This document shows, piece by piece, positions 57,807 through 64,000 of a stretch of DNA of 64,000 nucleotides. A program made the translations under genes and the position numbers. The DNA lies in assembly GCA_963662435.1 (NCBI GenBank), contig OY759598.1, positions 1,334,507-1,398,506 of the forward strand, in the 5' to 3' direction. The notes under the pieces are model-generated. The model saw only the letters and a list, made by a program, of their open reading frames with translations, was not told the DNA's origin and did no database searches. Every line of letters starts with the position of its first letter. Within the stretch, counting starts at the first letter, position 1. The stretch is from Dehalococcoidia bacterium (lineage in GTDB: Bacteria > Chloroflexota > Dehalococcoidia > Lucifugimonadales > VXLM01).

Positions 57807-58715
57807 ATGGCCGGCTATCAGGCGTATTTCAATGGCGAGTGGATGCTGGAAGGCGAAGTAATGATTTCGCCCTCCGACCGTGGGTTTACCGTGGGCGATC
57901 TCGTGTTCGAGGTCGAGCGGACGTTCAACGGCAAGCCGTTCCGGCTGAAGGAGCACATCGAGCGGCTGTACCGCTCGCTGACCTACGTTCGCATGGAATC
58001 GGGGCTGAGCGCGGAGGAGATGACGGCGATCACCGATGAGGCGGTGCAGCGAGCGAAGGCCGATCACCCCGAAGTGACGGACTTCTGGATGCGGCAGATC
58101 GTCACGCGGGGCACGGTCGACCTGTTCGACCCACCCGATCCCACCGTCCTGGTGCAAGTTGGAGAGCAGGGTTTCTGGTACGCCGACCTGTACGACACGG
58201 GATTGCACGGGGTGATATCGAAGACGCGGGCATACTCTCCTCAGGCCCTCGATCCCAAGATCAAGCACTACAGCCGGATGAATTTCGTCCTGGCGCACCA
58301 GGAGGCGCACGACGTGGAGCCGGACGCGTGGCCTATCCTGTTGGACGACCGTGGCTTCCTTGCGGAGGGCAACGGCCAGAACGTGTTCATCGTGACCGAC
58401 GGCGTCATCCGCACACCGAGTGACTATGCCGCTCTGCAGGGGGTGTCACGCGGGATGGCGATAGACCTGACGCGTCGGCTCGACATCCCGCTCGTCGAGG
58501 AAGACCTCCAGCCGTACGATCTTTACACGGCGGACGAAGCGTTCTGGACGACGACGAGCATGTGCGTCATGCCCATGACACAGGTCGACCGGCGTCCCAT
58601 CGGAGACGGCAAGCCGGGGCCGATGTCCCAGCGTCTTCTGGCAGCTTGGGGCGAGGCCGTGGGCATCGATATCGTCGGACAAGCGCAGCAATACGAGGGC
58701 GCGGCTTCGTCATAG
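57807..58715 (+). CDS. Class IV PLP aminotransferase (IlvE-like)
   Basis: DRGF..GD.VFE, HIERL, KIKHYSR, EGNGQN, LQGVSR and ADEAF. Confidence 0.9.
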   Translation: MAGYQAYFNGEWMLEGEVMISPSDRGFTVGDLVFEVERTFNGKPFRLKEHIERLYRSLTYVRMESGLSAEEMTAITDEAVQRAKADHPEVTDFWMRQIVTRGTVDLFDPPDPTVLVQVGEQGFWYADLYDTGLHGVISKTRAYSPQALDPKIKHYSRMNFVLAHQEAHDVEPDAWPILLDDRGFLAEGNGQNVFIVTDGVIRTPSDYAALQGVSRGMAIDLTRRLDIPLVEEDLQPYDLYTADEAFWTTTSMCVMPMTQVDRRPIGDGKPGPMSQRLLAAWGEAVGIDIVGQAQQYEGAASS

Positions 58716-58746
58716 GGCCGGTATCCAGCGAACCGGTTCGCTCAAA

Positions 58747-59328
58747 CTAAGGGCAGCCGCCACTGTAAAGCGCAGTCCTGACCCTCTCCACGATAGCGCA
58801 GTAGTCCACTGTCGAGAAGTCGGTCGTATCGATGCGGACCAGCCCTTCCCCTTCTGTTACAGCACCGTAACGTTCAAGCTGGCCACGTATCTCTCTTTCC
58901 AGAGCTTCCCGACTCATTCCCGATTGGTGTCCGCTGTGGCGGTCGTCCGAGTCGACCCGTCCGATAAACCTCTGGATTTCTACTTCGGGGTCGGCGTGGC
59001 AATGCAGTTCCAGCGTATCGAAGTCGTATTTCTCCCTGATGCGGTCGAGCCAGGGCCCCTCGTATTCGCTCCAAAAGGCGGCCTCGGCGACAACTGACTG
59101 CCCCGCCTTAATCTGTAGTTGAACAAGCATGTGCAGAAGCACAAAGGAGGCATTCCCCAACTTCTTCGACCACTCACGGTCGCCTTCACCCACGGTGTCG
59201 AAGAGGGTCTCCTTGATGACATCCTTTTCGAGCACGACGACCGGCAGCGCTTCCACCAGTCGCCGCGCTAGGAACGTCTTACCAGTACCCGGAGCGCCCG
59301 AAATCAATACGAACGTCGGCCTGTTCAT
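58747..59328 (-). CDS. P-loop kinase (AAA_33-like)
   Basis: SGAPGTGKT and DVIKE. Confidence 0.8.
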   Translation of the reverse strand: MNRPTFVLISGAPGTGKTFLARRLVEALPVVVLEKDVIKETLFDTVGEGDREWSKKLGNASFVLLHMLVQLQIKAGQSVVAEAAFWSEYEGPWLDRIREKYDFDTLELHCHADPEVEIQRFIGRVDSDDRHSGHQSGMSREALEREIRGQLERYGAVTEGEGLVRIDTTDFSTVDYCAIVERVRTALYSGGCP

Positions 59329-59392
59329 CCTCAGGTATCCCAACTCCTTATGTTACGCGCCCCTCGCCCACCGCCATGTTACCCTACCCCTC

Positions 59393-60328
59393 ATGAGAAT
59401 CGTATTCATGGGCACACCGGACTTCGTGGTGCCAGTACTGAGCCGGCTGGTGGAAGCAGGCCACGATATCGCCGCCGTGTACTCGCAGCCCGACAGGCCG
59501 TCGGGCCGGGGGCGCAAGCTCGTAGCTACACCGACGAAACGTTTCGCAGAGGAGCGAGGGATTGAGGTGAGGCAGCCCAAGTCGTTGCGCTCGTACGACG
59601 AGAACGTGGCCTTGGAGGCGTTGGGCCCGGAGGTGATCGTGGTGGCAGCTTATGGGATATTTCTACCGCCAGATGCTCTTGAGATTCCGCCTATGGGGTG
59701 TCTGAACATTCATCCCTCCCTGCTGCCGCGATACAGGGGGCCCTCTCCGGTTGTTTCAGCCATCCTCAGTGGCGATAAGGGGACAGGCGTGACGATCATG
59801 AAGCTGGATGAGGGGATGGACAGTGGGCCCGTTGTTGCGCAGAAGGAAGTCCCGATAGCGGACATGGAATCAGCCCCTGAACTGACTCGCCGGCTGTTCG
59901 AATTGGGGGCCGACGTGCTTGTAGAGGCTCTGCCCGGATGGTCGTTCGGCGACATACGTGCGAAACCTCAGGATGAGAGCCAAGCTACCTTCACCTCACT
60001 CGTTAGGAAAGAGGACGGTGAGGTCGATTGGAGTTGCGGCGCGACTCAGATTGCGAGGATGGTGAGGGCATATCAGGCGTGGCCGGGGACGTTTACTCAT
60101 TGGGGCGGGAAGCTGCTCAAGATACTGGAGGCCTGTTCATCGGCTGGAAGTGTCCCAGTTGGGCATGTGGTCGAGTTGGGCAATGATCGCGTAGGCATCG
60201 GCACGGGCGATGGCCTATTGTCGGTCGGCAGACTCCAGTTGGAGGGAAGGCGTCCGTCGGATGCGCGGGACTTTGTGCAGGGCTACCCGGAGTTCGTGGG
60301 GTCGAGGTTAGGGTCTCTGCCTAACTAA
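59393..60328 (+). CDS. fmt: Methionyl-tRNA formyltransferase
   Basis: MRIVFMGTPDF, NIHPSLLPRYRG and MDSG. Confidence 0.97.
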   Translation: MRIVFMGTPDFVVPVLSRLVEAGHDIAAVYSQPDRPSGRGRKLVATPTKRFAEERGIEVRQPKSLRSYDENVALEALGPEVIVVAAYGIFLPPDALEIPPMGCLNIHPSLLPRYRGPSPVVSAILSGDKGTGVTIMKLDEGMDSGPVVAQKEVPIADMESAPELTRRLFELGADVLVEALPGWSFGDIRAKPQDESQATFTSLVRKEDGEVDWSCGATQIARMVRAYQAWPGTFTHWGGKLLKILEACSSAGSVPVGHVVELGNDRVGIGTGDGLLSVGRLQLEGRRPSDARDFVQGYPEFVGSRLGSLPN

Positions 60329-60348
60329 CAGCCCATGATCTAATTCCC

Positions 60349-61563
60349 CTACAATTCCTCCCAAGCCGGTGACGGACGGAGGTAACCGCGAAGGGCCAGG
60401 CTAACAGGCAGGATAGTCGTAGTGAACAGCCCCATGAGGGCCATACTGACTCGTATGTTGAAGATGTCCGCGAGACGGCCAAAGAGGAGTGGGGCCGCGA
60501 AAGCGCCGATTTCGTTGGTGGTGTAGAAGAACCCGTACATTCGAGACCGACGGGCCTGTGGCGCGAAGATCGCGACAGTGGCGTAGAGGGACGACGACGT
60601 GCCGTTCAGCCCGATGCCGAGCAGCACCATGAGCGGCGCAATCGTCAAAATTGGCGCGTAGACCGTCGCGACCAAAAGCACGGCCGCCAGCGCCTTCGTG
60701 ATCCATACTATGCTGATTAGGCCGTGCCGCTCGCTTAACCAGCCACAGATGAACTTGCCGAATGCGCCTCCCGCCAGAAGCAGGATGAGCATGATGAATA
60801 TCTCGGTACTCTCCATCCCCCTGTCATCGAGGATGAATGGCACGAAAGTCAGGGCGGCAGCGCGGATGGCGGAATCTACGAACCCCACGACGCTGAGAAT
60901 CTTGAAGCCTGTGGTCGGCTTGTCGGTGCCGTCGTAAGCGTCGGCCGGCTTCGTATCGACCGATTCCGCTCGACCGATATCTACGCTGCGCTTAATGAAC
61001 ATGGAAGCGAGAAAGAAGGCAATGGCACCGATGCCGATGATGAGCATCGTCCCACGCCAGCCGTGGGATATGGCCACGACTAGAGCAATCGCGGGTGCGG
61101 CCATCTTTCCGAGGTCGCCCGCGAAGTTGACGGTGCCGACGGCGGTTGCTCGCGCCCTGCTGTCGTAGGCGCGGGATACGATTCCGGAGGCGAGAGGGTG
61201 CTGTGTGCCTCCACCCAGTCCTCCGAGCAGCGTAAACGCCAGAAGGAGGAAGAAGCTTGGTGCAAGGGACATGGCGATCAGTCCCACGGCCACCCAGATA
61301 TTGCCGCCAACGAGCAGCCAGAACTCCCCTACTCTGTCGGCCATGAAGCCCACAGGCACCTGGAGGACGGCCATGGCCGCCGCGTAGAGCGACTTGAGCA
61401 TGGCGACTTGGGTAAAGGTCAGGTCGAGGTCATCCTTGATGAGTGGGAGCAGCGGCGCGTAGAGGGCGAAGAAGAGATCGCTCCAGACGTGCGTTGCCGA
61501 GGCGAAGAGGAGAGTTCGGCGTGCCTGCGGGGCCCGCGTCCAGAACCGCAGAGGGTTAATCAT
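60349..61563 (-). CDS. MFS transporter (Fsr-like)
   Basis: About 12 hydrophobic segments, GFMADRVG and QHP. Confidence 0.9.
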   Translation of the reverse strand: MINPLRFWTRAPQARRTLLFASATHVWSDLFFALYAPLLPLIKDDLDLTFTQVAMLKSLYAAAMAVLQVPVGFMADRVGEFWLLVGGNIWVAVGLIAMSLAPSFFLLLAFTLLGGLGGGTQHPLASGIVSRAYDSRARATAVGTVNFAGDLGKMAAPAIALVVAISHGWRGTMLIIGIGAIAFFLASMFIKRSVDIGRAESVDTKPADAYDGTDKPTTGFKILSVVGFVDSAIRAAALTFVPFILDDRGMESTEIFIMLILLLAGGAFGKFICGWLSERHGLISIVWITKALAAVLLVATVYAPILTIAPLMVLLGIGLNGTSSSLYATVAIFAPQARRSRMYGFFYTTNEIGAFAAPLLFGRLADIFNIRVSMALMGLFTTTILPVSLALRGYLRPSPAWEEL

Positions 61564-61638
61564 TGAGCGTTCCGCCGACCCTCACTCACGACCTTTAGCA
61601 TAGAGCCGGGAGTCGGCGCTGTGTAGTCGGACCACCGA

Positions 61639-62826
61639 TCACTGGATTCGGCCTATGAGGTCGGCGGCAGTGTGCGGACCGACATCGGCGACGAGATCGC
61701 CTGCGGGGCCCCACTTGTCCCACGTGTTCCAGAGGAGCACGCCGCGCACACGGGTGCCCTCCAGGTAGTAGACGACGCCTTCCTTGAACTCGTCCTTCCA
61801 GTCGGCGACGGTCATCATGCGTGAATCGATGTGGCCCATCACCTCGTAGCCCAGATCGAACATGTCCGACCAGAAGTACGGGACGTTGCTGAAGGGCTCT
61901 CCCTCGCCGGCCATCGCCTTTCCGGCGGCGGCCCCCATGGTATTGGCGCTGTCCTCGTGTTCGACGCGAATCCTCCGCTCCAGCACGTCGTTGCAGTAAT
62001 TTGCGACATCGCCCGCAGCGAAGATATCGGGGTGTGAAACGTTGAGGTTCCCGTCGACCAATATGCCATCGTCAACCTTAAGTCTGGCCTGCTGGGCAAG
62101 CCCGACGTTCGGCTCGATGCCCAGTCCGGCAACCACACCGTCGACGACGATTTCACGGGAGCTCGACGAGTCGTTGGACGTTACCGTGACCGCGACGCGG
62201 TCTCCCTGTGTCTCGACGTTCGACACGAGATGTTCGGCCAGCACCTCGACGCCGTGCTCGCGGTAGTAGTCATTGAGGAATGCACTCAGGTCTGCAGGAT
62301 AGATGCTGCTTCCTATCGATGGTTCGGGGAAGACCATCGTGACCCGTTTGTCGTTTTGCGCGAGGGACGCCACAATTTCGGAGCCGATGAATCCTCCGCC
62401 GACTACAAGGAAGTGGTCCCCGTTGTCGGAGAGTGCCCGGAGACGTTGGTAGTCGTCGACCGTACGAAAGTAGATTACGCTGTCTCCGCCGAACGGGAGC
62501 CGGCGGGGAGCCCCTCCGGTCGCAAGGAGGAGCTTGTCGAATGTGTACCTTGCACCCTGATCGTCGGTTACGGTCTTGATGTCAAGGTCGAGGCACTCTA
62601 TTCGGCGACCGAGGTGTAGATCGACGCCGTCGCGGTTGGTGTCGCGCTGGATGTCATCGAGGGACTTCCCGTGCCAAAGTCCCTTGGAGAGGTGCGGGCG
62701 GTTGTATGGTACTTCGTCTTCGTCTCCGAAGAGGGCGATGGAACCGTCAGGATCGACCTCGCGGATGCCGCAAATAGCGGCGTCGCCGGTCATGCCCCCG
62801 CCGACTATCACGTACTTATTGTGCAT
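61639..62826 (-). CDS. FAD/NAD(P)-dependent oxidoreductase (ferredoxin reductase-like)
   Basis: PYNRPHLSK, LLLATG, GGGFIGSE, FAAGDVA and PYFWSD. Confidence 0.92.
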   Translation of the reverse strand: MHNKYVIVGGGMTGDAAICGIREVDPDGSIALFGDEDEVPYNRPHLSKGLWHGKSLDDIQRDTNRDGVDLHLGRRIECLDLDIKTVTDDQGARYTFDKLLLATGGAPRRLPFGGDSVIYFRTVDDYQRLRALSDNGDHFLVVGGGFIGSEIVASLAQNDKRVTMVFPEPSIGSSIYPADLSAFLNDYYREHGVEVLAEHLVSNVETQGDRVAVTVTSNDSSSSREIVVDGVVAGLGIEPNVGLAQQARLKVDDGILVDGNLNVSHPDIFAAGDVANYCNDVLERRIRVEHEDSANTMGAAAGKAMAGEGEPFSNVPYFWSDMFDLGYEVMGHIDSRMMTVADWKDEFKEGVVYYLEGTRVRGVLLWNTWDKWGPAGDLVADVGPHTAADLIGRIQ

Positions 62827-62871
62827 GGCCTCCCCCTTACCTTCACTTCCACATCTGGTGCGCTTGGAGTC

Positions 62872-64000
62872 CTACTCCCTCGCCTCTTCAAGCTCTTTCT
62901 GCTGCTCGACAGCCCGTTCAACGAGATGCGTCGGGACTTCCTGGTACCGGTCGAAGCGCATTGTAAACGTGCCCCGACCCTGGGTCTGTGAGCGGAGGTC
63001 GGTCGCGTAGCGCATCATCTCGGCCTGCGGCGCCTCGACCTCAATCGTCGTGAATCCGTTGCCTTCGGGGTTCATGCCGAGGATGCGGGCGCGCTTGCTG
63101 TTGAGATCGCCCATAACGTCACCTGTGTCGCCATCCGGCACGAGGATTTGGGCATACATGATCGGTTCCAAGAGTTGCGGGGTCGCCTGATTTATGCCGT
63201 CGGAGAAGGCATTGCTGCCGGCGATCTCGAACGACACGCCCGAAGAGTCGACCGGATGGAAGCTGCCGTCGTACAGGGTGGCCTTCACGTCCACAACGGG
63301 AAATCCGCCGATGACGCCGGAGTCGAGGGCCCTTACGCAGCCCTTCTGCACGGACGGGATGTACTCTCGCGGCACGGCCCCGCCGACAACGCGTTCGTCG
63401 AACTCGAAGCCGGACCCACGCGGCAGGGGTTGAATCTCTAGGTAGACCTCGGCAAACTGGCCGTGCCCTCCGCTCTGCTTCTTATGGCGATAGTGTGAGT
63501 TCGACTGCCGGCTGATGGTCTCCTTGTATGGCACCTTGGGAGTCATGAGCAGAATCTCAACGCCAAACTTGCGCTTCATCTTCTCGACCGCCACATCGAC
63601 GTGAACATCGCCCAGACCACCGAGAAGCAGTTCCGCGGTGTTCGGCTCGCGGCTCACGCTCAGGCTGGGATCCTCCTCGGCCATTCGCGAGATCGCGTTG
63701 GTTAGCTTGTCAACGTCGGCCTTCGACTTGGGGAAAGCGGCCATGGAGAACACGGGCGGAGGGAACTCGAGGGCGGGAAGAGTGATCGGGTTAGCCCTAT
63801 CAGAAAGCGTGTCGCCCGTAAGCGCCGAATTCAGCTTGGCAAGCGCTCCGATGTCACCGGCGGCCAGCTCATCAACGGCCTCCTGGTCCTTTCCTCGAAT
63901 GGTGTATGCCGTACCGGTGCGCTCGCCCTCCTTCCGAGTGGCATTCCACACCTGCGAATCGCTCTTGAGGGTTCCGCTGAAAACCTTGAAGTAGGAGAGC
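62872..64000 (-). CDS. fusA: Elongation factor G paralogue (EF-G2-like), 5' part outside the window
   Basis: EEDPSL, HKKQSGGHGQF, DGSFHPVDSS, LLEPI and LRSQTQGRG. Not followed by tuf. Confidence 0.9.
   Translation of the reverse strand, partial: LSYFKVFSGTLKSDSQVWNATRKEGERTGTAYTIRGKDQEAVDELAAGDIGALAKLNSALTGDTLSDRANPITLPALEFPPPVFSMAAFPKSKADVDKLTNAISRMAEEDPSLSVSREPNTAELLLGGLGDVHVDVAVEKMKRKFGVEILLMTPKVPYKETISRQSNSHYRHKKQSGGHGQFAEVYLEIQPLPRGSGFEFDERVVGGAVPREYIPSVQKGCVRALDSGVIGGFPVVDVKATLYDGSFHPVDSSGVSFEIAGSNAFSDGINQATPQLLEPIMYAQILVPDGDTGDVMGDLNSKRARILGMNPEGNGFTTIEVEAPQAEMMRYATDLRSQTQGRGTFTMRFDRYQEVPTHLVERAVEQQKELEEARE

Noticed and set aside
56763..58310. 515-aa minus-strand ORF and many similar long antisense ORFs (e.g. 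13948-15180, 53301-54389, 50931-51989)
   Set aside because: These are shadow frames of well-supported genes in GC-rich DNA, with no recognisable motifs.

Overview
GC-rich bacterial chromosome segment with about 50 CDS, 2 tRNAs and a large (Alu-domain) SRP RNA. I infer Chloroflexota, probably Dehalococcoidia/SAR202-like, from the long SRP RNA, the N-terminally extended GreA, GAAC-N4-GTTC SOS boxes, a sortase-type anchor and many catabolic paralogues. Housekeeping genes (lipA, greA, polA, ribH/BA/E/D, dcd, pheA, tyrA, rpsP-khpA-rimM, yebC-ruvC-ruvA, uvrB, ppk2, rsmA, fmt, an EF-G paralogue) alternate with catabolic enzymes. The most unusual content is non-coding. (1) An intact IS110 element has an upstream non-coding region with a bridge-RNA-like loop that matches its own reconstructed target site. 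(2) A tandem array of ~100-bp mini-elements bounded by ends of that IS110 type, two carrying REP-like hairpins, sits between ribD and ribE with a 22-bp duplication. (3) Two similar sigma70 promoters, each with a LexA-type box in the spacer, point into phased tandem-repeat tracts. (4) Several other MITE shells (TTA- and CTAG-flanked) also carry REP-like cargo, and one of these hairpins is interrupted by an IS1182-family element. All calls come from reading the sequence and ORF translations by eye; no database searches were run.
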